64,000 bases of DNA, from contig JAIPHX010000002.1 in assembly GCA_021734995.1 (NCBI GenBank), positions 80,189 through 144,188 of the forward strand, given 5' to 3'. Of this stretch, positions 48,414 through 58,714 are shown one piece after another. The translations under genes and the position numbers were made by a program. The stretch comes from Minisyncoccota bacterium. GTDB taxonomy: Bacteria > Patescibacteriota > Minisyncoccia > Phycocordibacterales > UBA9973. The stretch's first letter is position 1, and each line of letters opens with the position of its first letter. A model generated the notes under the pieces. That model worked only from the letters and a program-made list of their open reading frames with translations. It was not told the origin of the DNA and searched no databases.

Positions 48414-50537
48414 CTAGGATTTTTTGAAAAAATCTTTATCAGCTTCTTTAATAGAAAGACTGATCCTACCTTTATCGTGCTCTACTCGTAAAACTTTTAC
48501 AGGTACAATCATTCCTTCTTTTACAACATCAGTAATTCTTTCTATCCTAAAAGGAGCAAGCTCTGATACATGCACCATTCCATCAACAAAAGCATTCAAT
48601 TTCACAAAAATACCAAAGTCAGCAATCTTTACGACTTCTCCTTTAAGCATTTCTCCTGGTTGAAATTCTCTAGTCATTTCAAAAATCATTTCTTTTGCCT
48701 TCATTGCAGAATCCCCTACTCCAGTAAGATATACTGTGCCATCATCTTCTATTGTAATCTCCGCTCCAGTCTTTTCTTTTAATTCTTTTATAGTCTTTCC
48801 TCCACTACCGATCACCATTCCAATCTGGTCTGGTTTTATCTTCATAGTCAAAATCTTTGGTGCGTTTGGAGAAATATCTTTTCTAGGAGCTGAAATTTCT
48901 TTTTCAATAACATCCAAAATAGTAAGTCTTGCTTTTACGGCTTGTTTCATTGCTTCATCAAGTATTTTTATTGAAACCCCATCTACTTTCACATCAAGCT
49001 GTATTGCTGTAATACCATTTCTAGTTCCTGCCACTTTAAAATCCATATCACCATGATGATCTTCTGGCCCTTGAATATCTGTCAAAATTTTATATTTATC
49101 TTCTGATTCATACATAAGCCCCATTGCAATACCTGCAACAGGAGCTTTAATCGGCACCCCTCCGTCCATCAATGCTAAAGTACCAGCACAGATAGAAGCT
49201 TGAGAAGTAGATCCGTTTGAAGCCATTGATTCAGAAACCAAACGCATTGTATATGGAAAATCTTCTACTTTTGGCAACACCATAGCAAGAGCTTTTTCGG
49301 CTAATGCTCCGTGTCCAACTTCGCGACGATTTGTAAATCCGGCTCTTCCTGTCTCTCCTGCAGAATATGGTGGGAAGTTATAATGGTGCATAAATCTTTT
49401 TTCTATATTTGCTTCCATTCCGTCAACCATATATTTGTCTTCAGGTCCTCCCAATGTAAGCACAGAGAATACATGAGTACCTCCTCTATAAAAAATACCA
49501 GAGCCGTGCAAAATAGAAGACATCCCCCCTGCTTGAGCATACAAAGAACGAACTACATCCATTTCCCTTCCATCAGCTCTTTTGTTTTCATTTACTGCCT
49601 TTTGGTGTAAAATTTCATTTTCTTTATCGTCAAACAAATCATCTTCTAAAGCAAAATCTTCTTTCTCAGGATCTTTTTCTTTATAATATTCACGAACTAG
49701 ATTATTCCACTCTGTATGCAATTCATCTATTTCTTTTTTACCTGGACCAGAAAAAATAGCCCCCTCCATTTTTGGTAAAATCTTTTCATTAAACAAAGAG
49801 ACAGATTCATCTGCTATCTTTTCTTTAGCTAAGACTCTTTTTTCTTTACCAATCTCAGTAACTATTTTCTTTTGAAAATCTTCAAGTTTTGTAATCTCTC
49901 CGCTTGCTTTATGCAACGCTTCGGTAATACCATCTTCTGACTCCTCATGAGCAGCCGCTTCTATCATATTTATACTTTGATTTTTTCCACATACCAACAA
50001 ATCAAATTTGTATTTATCATTATCTTCTCTAAGGTTTCTAGGTGCATTTATTTTTAAAGTATCGTCATCATACTTACCAATACGTACAGCTCCGATTGGT
50101 CCATCCCAAGGAATATTTGACACTGCCAAAGCTAAAGAGGCTGCATTTACCGCAAGAACCACAGGATCATTTTCATCTAAAGAAATTACTGTCACAATCA
50201 CTTGTACAGCATGTCTGATAGATTGATCAAAAAGAGGACGAAGAGTCCTGTCTATTACACGACTAGCCAAAACTGCATCCTCTGATGGTTTTCCTTCTCT
50301 GCGCACAAAACGAGAACCTAAAATTTTACCACCAGCGTAAAACTTTTCCATATAATCCACTGTAAGATTAAAAAATCCCAAACCTGCTTGTTTGTCTCTA
50401 GACATACAAGCAGTAGCCAAAACAATAGTTTCACCATATTTTAACAATACTGATCCATGAGCTTGATCAGCCAAATCACTAAAGATAGCAGTCATTGTTT
50501 TGCCACCTATCTCTACACTATATTCTTTCTTTTCCAT
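48414..50537 (-). CDS. pnp: Polyribonucleotide nucleotidyltransferase
   Basis: RRE, SRVIDR..RPLF, HHYNFPP, SNGS, GDMDFKVAG, KH and S1 domains. Confidence 0.98.
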   Translation of the reverse strand: MEKKEYSVEIGGKTMTAIFSDLADQAHGSVLLKYGETIVLATACMSRDKQAGLGFFNLTVDYMEKFYAGGKILGSRFVRREGKPSEDAVLASRVIDRTLRPLFDQSIRHAVQVIVTVISLDENDPVVLAVNAASLALAVSNIPWDGPIGAVRIGKYDDDTLKINAPRNLREDNDKYKFDLLVCGKNQSINMIEAAAHEESEDGITEALHKASGEITKLEDFQKKIVTEIGKEKRVLAKEKIADESVSLFNEKILPKMEGAIFSGPGKKEIDELHTEWNNLVREYYKEKDPEKEDFALEDDLFDDKENEILHQKAVNENKRADGREMDVVRSLYAQAGGMSSILHGSGIFYRGGTHVFSVLTLGGPEDKYMVDGMEANIEKRFMHHYNFPPYSAGETGRAGFTNRREVGHGALAEKALAMVLPKVEDFPYTMRLVSESMASNGSTSQASICAGTLALMDGGVPIKAPVAGIAMGLMYESEDKYKILTDIQGPEDHHGDMDFKVAGTRNGITAIQLDVKVDGVSIKILDEAMKQAVKARLTILDVIEKEISAPRKDISPNAPKILTMKIKPDQIGMVIGSGGKTIKELKEKTGAEITIEDDGTVYLTGVGDSAMKAKEMIFEMTREFQPGEMLKGEVVKIADFGIFVKLNAFVDGMVHVSELAPFRIERITDVVKEGMIVPVKVLRVEHDKGRISLSIKEADKDFFKKS

Positions 50538-50610
50538 GCTTTTTAATTTTCACTTACTTATTTTTTAAAGGACATCTCGTGATATCCCCAAAAAACAAAG
50601 CTGTGAAACA

Positions 50611-50709
50611 CGGTTCCTCAAATGAGTTTGACTTCGTATCAAATTCTTCAGACTAAAGTATTGTTCCCTTCAGAAACCGGAACACTACTATCTGTCTGAA
50701 GATGAACCG
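50611..50709. other. Multi-stem structure upstream of pnp
   Basis: Nested inverted repeats CGGTTC/GAACCG, TCTTCAGAC/GTCTGAAGA, TGTTCC/GGAACA. Confidence 0.5.
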
Positions 50710-50776
50710 GATTAACTTATAATTTACTATCATCCTAACACTAGGGGAGTAAAAAGCAAGACTTTTATAATTTTTA

Positions 50777-51298
50777 CTAGCGAACTTTTATATTCCCCAT
50801 CAAAAACTTTTTAGGGCTATCGGATAAGTCCACAAAATCATCTGCTGATTCTTTTAGTTTCATAGAAGTTGTTTTACCGAAAGAAACCACCTCCACTTGT
50901 GCTCCTGTATAGTTTTGTAAATATTCTACCAATGGGACAAAATCCCCATCTCCAGAAATCAAAATAACTGCGTCGAGTCTGCTTGCCATTCTCATAACAT
51001 CTACCGTAAGCCCGACATCCCAATCTCCTTTTTTACTTCCAGAGTGAAAAATCTGTAAATCTTTTGTCTTTGTCTCTATTCCAAGCTTTGTAAGAGCATC
51101 AAAAAAGTTTTTCTCTTCCCCTGCCTCTGTGGTGATCACATAAGCAATAGCACGGACAAGCTTTCTACCAGCCACTGCTTCTTTTAGCACAGCTCCGAAG
51201 TCTACTCGTGCTTTGTATAAATTGCGAGCGGAATGATATAGGTTTTGTGTGTCTATGAAAATTCCAACTCTTTGTTCTTTGTGTTTTATTACTGTCAT
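50777..51298 (-). CDS. NYN domain (LabA/DUF88) protein
   Basis: IFIDTQNL, KGDWDVGL, LISGDGDF. Confidence 0.92.
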   Translation of the reverse strand: MTVIKHKEQRVGIFIDTQNLYHSARNLYKARVDFGAVLKEAVAGRKLVRAIAYVITTEAGEEKNFFDALTKLGIETKTKDLQIFHSGSKKGDWDVGLTVDVMRMASRLDAVILISGDGDFVPLVEYLQNYTGAQVEVVSFGKTTSMKLKESADDFVDLSDSPKKFLMGNIKVR

Positions 51299-51395
51299 AT
51301 GTATTTATAATACCACACTCACTGTCAAAATGGTGTAGCTCTAATTTAATTGTTAAATATTTTTATAATATCTCGTGTAAATAAAAAAAATGGAA

Positions 51396-51656
51396 CTATT
51401 TGTCCATTTTTTTTACTAAAGCGGAGTGACGAGATTTGTCTTTGCGTTCAAGATATTTTAAATGAGTCCTTCTGTCTGCTACCATTTTTATAAGACCACG
51501 GCGAGAGCTATTGTCTTTCTTGTGTGTCTTTAAATGATTTGCAAGCTCACTAATTTGTTCAGAAAGGACGGCCACTTGAACATCAATAGAACCTGTGTCT
51601 TTCTCGTGAATTTGGCTTTTCTTTATAACTTTTTGTTTCTTTTTGGTGTCTAACAT
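51396..51656 (-). CDS. rpsO: 30S ribosomal protein S15
   Basis: DTGSIDVQVAVL, HKKDNSSRRGL. Confidence 0.97.
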   Translation of the reverse strand: MLDTKKKQKVIKKSQIHEKDTGSIDVQVAVLSEQISELANHLKTHKKDNSSRRGLIKMVADRRTHLKYLERKDKSRHSALVKKMDK

Positions 51657-51704
51657 TTTTTAATCATAGCATAAACTAGAAAAAAATGCAAGCCCCAAAA
51701 GGCT

Positions 51705-52715
51705 CTAAAACCAATTGAAAAGTTTGGCAACGAAGAGGACATAAAGAGCCAAGAAAAATGCCCCTTCCCATAGATATATTTTTTTAGATATTCCTGATAT
51801 AACAAATAGAAGTGTTGCCATTGCCATTACAGGTACACCAATAGCAAAAGTTTGTGTATCTACAGAAAGTTTACCGACAAGTCCTGGAAGACCTACCACT
51901 ACTAATGCGTTAAACACATTTGAACCAAAAATGTTTCCAAGGGCAATTTCTGATTTCTTTTGCAATGCAGCTCTGACTGACACTAGAAGCTCCGGCAAAG
52001 ATGTCCCAATAGCCACTGCGGTAATAGAAATAACTCCTACTCCAATATTCAACAAAGAAGAAAGGTTAATCAAAGAATCTATCAAATATTTTGCACCAAA
52101 AACTAGACCCACTAATCCCACAGCCAACATAACAAAATCTTTGACTTTCAACTTGGGACGAACAGTATTTGCTTTTAACTCTAAATCTTCTAAAACATCT
52201 TTTTTTAGTTCTGCTTCTTCTCTTCTTATTCTTGCTTCATCTTCATCTGCAGGAGAATCATCCCTCTCTTTGTGCATCACTGTATACAAAAGATATATCC
52301 CATAAGTAGCAAGCATTAGTATAGACTCCCCTAAAGTAATCTGTTGATCCCATAAAACCCCAAGCATTAATGCAGTACTGAGCGCGAGTAACGGAAGATC
52401 AAGGTTAATCAAACTTTTACTAACAATTAGTTTTTTGCCTATCAAAGCAGAAAATCCTACTATCAACAAAATGTTGGCGATGTTTGACCCGACAGCATTT
52501 GCTACTACCACTTCACTTACATTTTGCATTACTGCTATAAAAGAAGAGAAAAGTTCTGGTAAAGAAGTTCCAATACCGACTATGGTAACTCCAACAATAA
52601 AAGGAGACAGGCCTAAAGCGAGTCCAATCTTCTCTGCGCTTTCTATGAGCCAATCAGCTCCTTTTACAAGGACAAACAAAGAAATCACAAAAACGATAAT
52701 CCAAAATATAAGCAT
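51705..52715 (-). CDS. Calcium/sodium antiporter (YrbG-like)
   Basis: Two GTSLPE alpha-repeats, GSNI/GSNV; start likely ATG 52715. Confidence 0.92.
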   Translation of the reverse strand: MLIFWIIVFVISLFVLVKGADWLIESAEKIGLALGLSPFIVGVTIVGIGTSLPELFSSFIAVMQNVSEVVVANAVGSNIANILLIVGFSALIGKKLIVSKSLINLDLPLLALSTALMLGVLWDQQITLGESILMLATYGIYLLYTVMHKERDDSPADEDEARIRREEAELKKDVLEDLELKANTVRPKLKVKDFVMLAVGLVGLVFGAKYLIDSLINLSSLLNIGVGVISITAVAIGTSLPELLVSVRAALQKKSEIALGNIFGSNVFNALVVVGLPGLVGKLSVDTQTFAIGVPVMAMATLLFVISGISKKIYLWEGAFFLALYVLFVAKLFNWF

Positions 52716-52916
52716 TGTATTAAAAATTATTTTTAAATTAAAATTAAGTAACAAATACATTAAAGCATATATTGACTAAAAAATTCAACACTCAAGACAA
52801 AAAACATTTGCGTTTAGATACTTGTTCTAATTCCAAAAATTATAACTTGGCACAAAAAAGGCTTTTTAGATTACAAAAATATGTTAATATATTTATATTA
52901 GTAATTTTTTATAGCT

Positions 52917-54602
52917 TTGGAAATATTTACAGAAATCAGCATAATACTCATCATCACTACCGTTATCGCGGTAATTTTTAAAATGTTACGACAACCCATC
53001 GTAATCGGATATTTGATTAGTGGTATTATCGTTGGCCCCTATGCTCTAAATATTTTACAATCAAATGATCAAGTAGAATTATTTTCTCAGATAGGTATAT
53101 CCGTATTGCTCTTTATTGTTGGATTAAGTCTAAACCCAGATACCATAAAAGATACAGGCAAGTCTTCACTTATCACAGGTATCGGCCAGATAGTTTTCAC
53201 ATCTGTGTTTGGTTTCATGATAATGAAAGCCCTTGGTTATTCAGATATAATTTCTTTATATTCATCTATTGCTCTCACCTTCAGCAGTACTATCATAATT
53301 TTAAAACTTTTATCGGACAGAGGAGATCTAGGTACTCTGTATGGAAAAATCTCAATAGGATTTTTGTTGGTGCAAGATGTTGTCGCTACAATATTGTTAA
53401 TCATAGTTCCGTTGGTTGGAGCACACAATTCTACAAATGGAAATCTTGGTGGGCAGTTTGTGAAACTTTTCTCAAGTGGGGTGTTAATCAGTATCTTACT
53501 CTACCTTATATCAAAATATATACTACCTAAATTCTCTGACTACTTAGCAAAATCCTCAGAATTACTTTTTATCTTTTCTGTTTCATGGGGGTTAGTTTTA
53601 GCTACTTTGTTTTATAAAATAGGATTCTCTATAGAGATAGGGGCTTTAATTGCAGGTGTTACTCTTTCCGCTTCAAAATATGCTTATGAAATTAGCTCCC
53701 GAATGAGACCCCTCCGTGACTTTTTTATTGTAATGTTTTTTGTTTTACTAGGATCTCATCTAGCTTTTGGAAATATTCAAAGCCTAATCATCCCTGCGGT
53801 AATCCTCTCACTATTTGTTTTAATTGGTAACCCATTGATTGTATTCATTCTAATGAACTTGCTTGGTTACAAAAATAAAACTTCCTTCATGGCAGGATTG
53901 ACCGTTGCCCAGATCAGTGAATTTTCTTTGATTTTAATTTCATTAGGATATTCTTTGGGACACCTAGATCAAGCATCTGTAACTCTGATTACTTTTGTAG
54001 GAATCATCACAATTGCGGGCTCCACATATTTTGTCATTTATGCAAATGAAATTTTTTACTTCCTTTCAAAGATTCTTCAAAAAATAGCCATTCGTAAAAA
54101 ATTAAAAGACATTGAATTGGAAGATGATTCTGCTCATGAAATGCTCATTTTTGGATTTGGAAGAGTAGGCTCAGAATTTGTAGAGAAAGCAACCGAGAAA
54201 AAAATAAGTTACTTGGCTGTAGATTATGATCCTGAAGTTTTCCAAAATGAAAAAATAGACAGAGAACATTATCGCTTTGGAGATGTAGAAGACTTAGAAT
54301 TTTTAGAAGAAATAAAATTAAAAGAAGCAAAAATAGTAATCTCTACTATTCCTGATCTGCATACAAATATTTTACTTACTCGTTTTTATAGAGCAGAAAA
54401 CAAAACAGGCACTATGATTATAGTTTGTCACACAGCTAAAGACGCAGAAACATTGTACTCTGAAGGTGTCACTTATGTAATACTCCCCCACTACCTTGGA
54501 GCATACCACGCAGTAAAAATGCTTTCTGAAATGGAGACAAATCAAAATGTATTTGATGAAGCAAAAAAAGTGCAGAAAAAACAAATCAGTAAACACTCTT
54601 AA
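52917..54602 (+). CDS. CPA2 (Kef-type) cation:proton antiporter with TrkA-N domain
   Basis: FSSTIII.KLL, LLVQD, QISEFS, GFGRVG. Confidence 0.9.
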   Translation: MEIFTEISIILIITTVIAVIFKMLRQPIVIGYLISGIIVGPYALNILQSNDQVELFSQIGISVLLFIVGLSLNPDTIKDTGKSSLITGIGQIVFTSVFGFMIMKALGYSDIISLYSSIALTFSSTIIILKLLSDRGDLGTLYGKISIGFLLVQDVVATILLIIVPLVGAHNSTNGNLGGQFVKLFSSGVLISILLYLISKYILPKFSDYLAKSSELLFIFSVSWGLVLATLFYKIGFSIEIGALIAGVTLSASKYAYEISSRMRPLRDFFIVMFFVLLGSHLAFGNIQSLIIPAVILSLFVLIGNPLIVFILMNLLGYKNKTSFMAGLTVAQISEFSLILISLGYSLGHLDQASVTLITFVGIITIAGSTYFVIYANEIFYFLSKILQKIAIRKKLKDIELEDDSAHEMLIFGFGRVGSEFVEKATEKKISYLAVDYDPEVFQNEKIDREHYRFGDVEDLEFLEEIKLKEAKIVISTIPDLHTNILLTRFYRAENKTGTMIIVCHTAKDAETLYSEGVTYVILPHYLGAYHAVKMLSEMETNQNVFDEAKKVQKKQISKHS

Positions 54603-54714
54603 ACATATTTGATTGTTTGATTGCAGATATTTTTTAAACAAAAAAATATCTATAGAAAAAATATTGCACTGCTAGATACTACATCGGCAAAGAGTGTTCA
54701 AAAATATTTCTGTA

Positions 54715-55722
54715 CTATTTTCTACTATGAAATTTTTTATGCACCTCTCTCAAAGCTTTATCAGTGAAGTGAGTATATACCTGAGTGGTCGAAATATTTG
54801 CATGTCCAAGCATTATTTGAACGCTACGAATATCTGCACCGTTAGAAAGTAAATCTGTAGCAAAAGAGTGTCTTATTACATGCGGTGTAACTTTTTTTGA
54901 AATCCCTGCTTTTATAGCATAGTATTTTACCAATCTTTCTATGGACCTAGTAGTAAGTCTGGTCGGAGCTTTTTGAGAAGCACTTTTGTTTTGTTTTTTC
55001 TTTTCACCATTTCCCTCTTTTCCATCTTTTATTTTTTTATTACTTTGGTTTTTTTCTTCTTTCGCGCCAAACCTATTTGGAATATTTACAAACAAGGCTT
55101 CTTCCATATCTTTTCTTTTTGCTAAATATTCTTTGATTACTTTTTTAGCACTATCTGACAAAAAAACTACCCTGATTTTTTCTCCCTTGCCTCTTATGGA
55201 AAATTCATCTTTAGACAAATCTAAATCTCTATTCAAAGAAACAAGCTCGGAGACACGAAGACCTGTAGAAAAAAATAATTCTAAAATTGCTTTATCTCTC
55301 AGATCTTTTAAATCATTTCCGTCTGGTCCTGCGAGCAACCTCCCAAGCTCCTCTACGCTTATCAAATCCAATCCCCTTTCTTTTGTTTTTGCTAGTTCTA
55401 TTTTATCTGGAGCAATAGCTTGTATCCCTCTTTTATTTAAAAATTTTAAAAAAACTCGCAAAGCAATCAAGTAATAATTCTGCGTATTTTTCTTCATAGT
55501 GCTTTCTGTCTGCCCACGAACCTTTGCTCCTTTTTGTCTATTTAAAAATAATCTAAACTCTCTAATCTTATCTTCAGAAATATCTCTAGGAGAATTTACT
55601 CCTGAAAATTCAAAAAATCTTGTAAGGTATCTTTCATAATTAGCAACAGTTTTTAAGCTTGAGCCTTTCTCAATCTCTAAATATTCTAAAAACCCTCTTT
55701 TTAACTTATCCATTTCTTTCAT
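54715..55722 (-). CDS. Tyrosine recombinase XerC/XerD family
   Basis: RDKAILE...TGLRVSEL, GKG.K.R, HVIRHSFAT, LGHANISTTQVYT. Confidence 0.93.
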   Translation of the reverse strand: MKEMDKLKRGFLEYLEIEKGSSLKTVANYERYLTRFFEFSGVNSPRDISEDKIREFRLFLNRQKGAKVRGQTESTMKKNTQNYYLIALRVFLKFLNKRGIQAIAPDKIELAKTKERGLDLISVEELGRLLAGPDGNDLKDLRDKAILELFFSTGLRVSELVSLNRDLDLSKDEFSIRGKGEKIRVVFLSDSAKKVIKEYLAKRKDMEEALFVNIPNRFGAKEEKNQSNKKIKDGKEGNGEKKKQNKSASQKAPTRLTTRSIERLVKYYAIKAGISKKVTPHVIRHSFATDLLSNGADIRSVQIMLGHANISTTQVYTHFTDKALREVHKKFHSRK

Positions 55723-55906
55723 TCATCATATTTTACCATTATTTAAAAGAGATGTCGCACAATATTTTTTAACACAATGTTTTACATACTCCCCTGCTAA
55801 CATTTGTTTTCAAATATATATTATCAAAAGCTAATGAGAAAATGATAAATCAAATGCTGGAAAGTCAAAAAGAATATCTAAAAAATAAAAATGTTATAAT
55901 AATAAG

Positions 55907-56713
55907 ATGAAAATAATTAGCTGGAACGTAAATGGGATACGAGCTGTGCACAAAAAAGGAATGTTTTTTCTCTTTTTAGAAAAATACAATCCTGATATTT
56001 TATGTTTGCAAGAAACAAAAGCAGAACAAAGCCAAAATGAAATGGTCTTACCTCTGTATGAAGAATATTGGAATTCTGCTGAAAAAAAAGGATACAGTGG
56101 GACTGCTATTTTTATAAAAAAAGAAATAGTAAAAAAAGAAACACCTAAAGTTTTTTATGACTTCCCTGACTCAATTCAAAAGAAATACAAACTCAAAGAT
56201 AAATATGGTAATGCTGGTAAGGAAGGACGCGTAGTTACTTTAGAAACTGAAAAATTTTATGTTGTGTCTGTGTATACTCCAAACGCAAAAGATGATCTAT
56301 CTAGAATTCCTCTTCGTTTCAAAAACTGGGATCCAGCATTTTTGGAATACGTGAAAATGTTAGAAAAAAAGAAACCTGTAATATTTTGTGGTGACTTAAA
56401 TGTGGCACACAAAGAAGAAGATTTGGCTAGACCGAAAGAGAACAAAGGAAAGAAAGGGTTCACAAGCGAAGAACGTGAAGGAATAGACAAGGTTGTTGAT
56501 GGAGGATTCTTAGACACGTTTAGAATTTTTACAAAAGAAAACGGACACTATACTTGGTGGAGTCATTTTGCAAATGCTCGTGCAAGAAATGTAGGGTGGA
56601 GAATAGATTATATTTTTACAAGCAAAAAACTTTCTTCAAAAATACAAAAGGCAGAAATCCTCTCAGATGTATTCGGTTCTGACCATTGTCCTGTAATGAT
56701 TGAATTAAAATAA
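55907..56713 (+). CDS. xth: Exodeoxyribonuclease III
   Basis: SWNVNG, LQETK, GDLNVAH, GWRIDY, SDHCP. Confidence 0.97.
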   Translation: MKIISWNVNGIRAVHKKGMFFLFLEKYNPDILCLQETKAEQSQNEMVLPLYEEYWNSAEKKGYSGTAIFIKKEIVKKETPKVFYDFPDSIQKKYKLKDKYGNAGKEGRVVTLETEKFYVVSVYTPNAKDDLSRIPLRFKNWDPAFLEYVKMLEKKKPVIFCGDLNVAHKEEDLARPKENKGKKGFTSEEREGIDKVVDGGFLDTFRIFTKENGHYTWWSHFANARARNVGWRIDYIFTSKKLSSKIQKAEILSDVFGSDHCPVMIELK

Positions 56714-56724
56714 TAAAAAACTTT

Positions 56725-57303
56725 ATGGATTACAAAACTATCTTGGGTGGCATTTCGATAGCAATTCAACTCTTTGCTTACTTTATATATTTTAAAGGAA
56801 TCTATAACGGGAAAACAAAGCCTCATGCTTTTACTTGGTTTGTTTGGGGAGTGCTGAGTATTATCGGCTTTAGTGCTATATACACATCAAATGGAGGAGC
56901 TGGATCATGGCTTACTTTTGTAAATATTATTGCTTGTTTTGCTGTAGCCACCATTGGGATAGTTCAAAAACATGTGAAATATGATAAATATGACTGGCTT
57001 GCTTTATTTGGTGCTTTGCTTGGAGCAGGCCTTTGGTGGATTACTAAAAATCCATTATATGCTGTAATATTAATATCTATATCTGATTTCATTTGTGTAA
57101 TACCAACATTAAGAAAAGCTTACAGGTTCCCTTTTGAAGAAAACGCCTTATCTTTTAGTATGGCTCTGATGTACTATCCTTTATCAATATTAGCACTAGA
57201 GTCACTTACCGTAACAACATGGCTCTACCCTGCCTCTATTGTTTTCACTGATATGTTTTTGGTTTGTATGATTTTGTGGAGGAGGAAAACATTAACTAAA
57301 TAA
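56725..57303 (+). CDS. Multi-pass membrane protein (PQ-loop-like)
   Basis: About six TM helices; TKPH..TW and PTLRKA..P.EE motifs. Confidence 0.75.
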   Translation: MDYKTILGGISIAIQLFAYFIYFKGIYNGKTKPHAFTWFVWGVLSIIGFSAIYTSNGGAGSWLTFVNIIACFAVATIGIVQKHVKYDKYDWLALFGALLGAGLWWITKNPLYAVILISISDFICVIPTLRKAYRFPFEENALSFSMALMYYPLSILALESLTVTTWLYPASIVFTDMFLVCMILWRRKTLTK

Positions 57304-58698
57304 TTATTTTAAAAAGAAGTCATCAACAAAACCAAAATTGTTTTTTCTTTTATATATATCTTCTGAGATATAATAGAAATAAGGTTTTTTATGTTTAACT
57401 TTTATTTTTATAATCCCCTTGATACATTCTTTTACATTATTAACAGACATTCCAGACTCAACAGATGCTTCCTGTATGAATTTTTCATAAACATTCGCAG
57501 GGCAACCACCATCTAATCTAGTCCTAGCTGAAACTTTTTTTGCTAAATCATAAATAGCATGATTCATCCCCTTCTTATTGTTTTTATTATCAGGAGTTAC
57601 TATTTGTATTTCAAATCTTTTATCTTTTTTTAAACCACCACCAAGATTCTTAGCAGAAACAATACCTGTAATAACAATAGCTTTGTATTCACCCTGAGAT
57701 GTAGCGTTTTTTTCTACTTTTTTATCAATAGTACTTTTAATTTTAATTTTTTTTGAAAACTTTTTATTTTTATTTTTATTTATATTTTTATTTATATTTT
57801 TTAAATCATCAGAACTTAATAAATTAATATCCTCAAAGAGAACATTTTCCACATGCATTTGATTGATTAACCAACCAATCAAAACTTCAGAAATAACTGG
57901 TATATCTTCCTGTTCAATTGAAAGCTTAAAACCAACACCATCTTTTAATGCTTCTTGGATGTTTGCTTCTGGTCTATTTATAAATCTTAAAATAACCTTT
58001 TCAAAATCTTTGGCTCTAGAATTTATTTTTCCTTTTTTATCACCAAATTCTCTCAAGAAGAAAAGTTTGTCACCTTTTCCGTCTGTAGAAATAGAAATAA
58101 GTGGTGAATCTACTTTATTGTCACTAATCATTTTTGATTCGAATAAATCTTTTGCTTTATTTAATTCATTAGCTTCATTCTTTAGTGTCTCATATATAGC
58201 AATCATAACTTTTACTAAACGACAAAAAACTAAAGATTTAGCTAAGGCATGTTTATTACCATTTTCTTTTTTTGCTTTTTGAGTATTTCTAAGGATATAG
58301 AAGATATCTTCTTTAGAACTAATAGATTTTGGAAAATCTTCCACATTTACAAACAAATCTCTTTCAGAATAAAGCAAAACATTTTCCATAAAATCAAAAG
58401 ATTGATTAAAAGCTTTATTTAATCTAGTAAAGACTTCTTCAGACTCTTTACTTTTACCTTCCTTTAAAATTAATTCACTTTTTATATCTAAAACCTTTTC
58501 AATCCAATCTAAAAAAACTTTTTCTTCTGTTTTACCTTCCATATCTGGTAATACTGTAAAATTAAAATCAATTGGTGTTGGTCTTTGTTTTGTAGGGATG
58601 TCATCAAAATCCCCTGCCATCATTTTACCAAAAGAGTCAATTTGCTTTTTTGGGTCTCCAATAGTTCTTTTATCTAAATATGGTAAATTTTCTTTCAT
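57304..58698 (-). CDS. Hypothetical protein with RelA/SpoT-like nucleotidyltransferase motifs
   Basis: SRAK, DGVGFKL, GEYKAI, FEIQIVT, NHAIY in synthetase order. Confidence 0.55.
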   Translation of the reverse strand: MKENLPYLDKRTIGDPKKQIDSFGKMMAGDFDDIPTKQRPTPIDFNFTVLPDMEGKTEEKVFLDWIEKVLDIKSELILKEGKSKESEEVFTRLNKAFNQSFDFMENVLLYSERDLFVNVEDFPKSISSKEDIFYILRNTQKAKKENGNKHALAKSLVFCRLVKVMIAIYETLKNEANELNKAKDLFESKMISDNKVDSPLISISTDGKGDKLFFLREFGDKKGKINSRAKDFEKVILRFINRPEANIQEALKDGVGFKLSIEQEDIPVISEVLIGWLINQMHVENVLFEDINLLSSDDLKNINKNINKNKNKKFSKKIKIKSTIDKKVEKNATSQGEYKAIVITGIVSAKNLGGGLKKDKRFEIQIVTPDNKNNKKGMNHAIYDLAKKVSARTRLDGGCPANVYEKFIQEASVESGMSVNNVKECIKGIIKIKVKHKKPYFYYISEDIYKRKNNFGFVDDFFLK

Positions 58699-58714
58699 AA
58701 AAATATTTTATAAT

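Noticed and set aside
54715-55722. Prophage or integrative-element integrase
   Set aside because: Looks like housekeeping XerC/D; flanked by core genes, with no phage genes or att duplication at the nearby tRNAs
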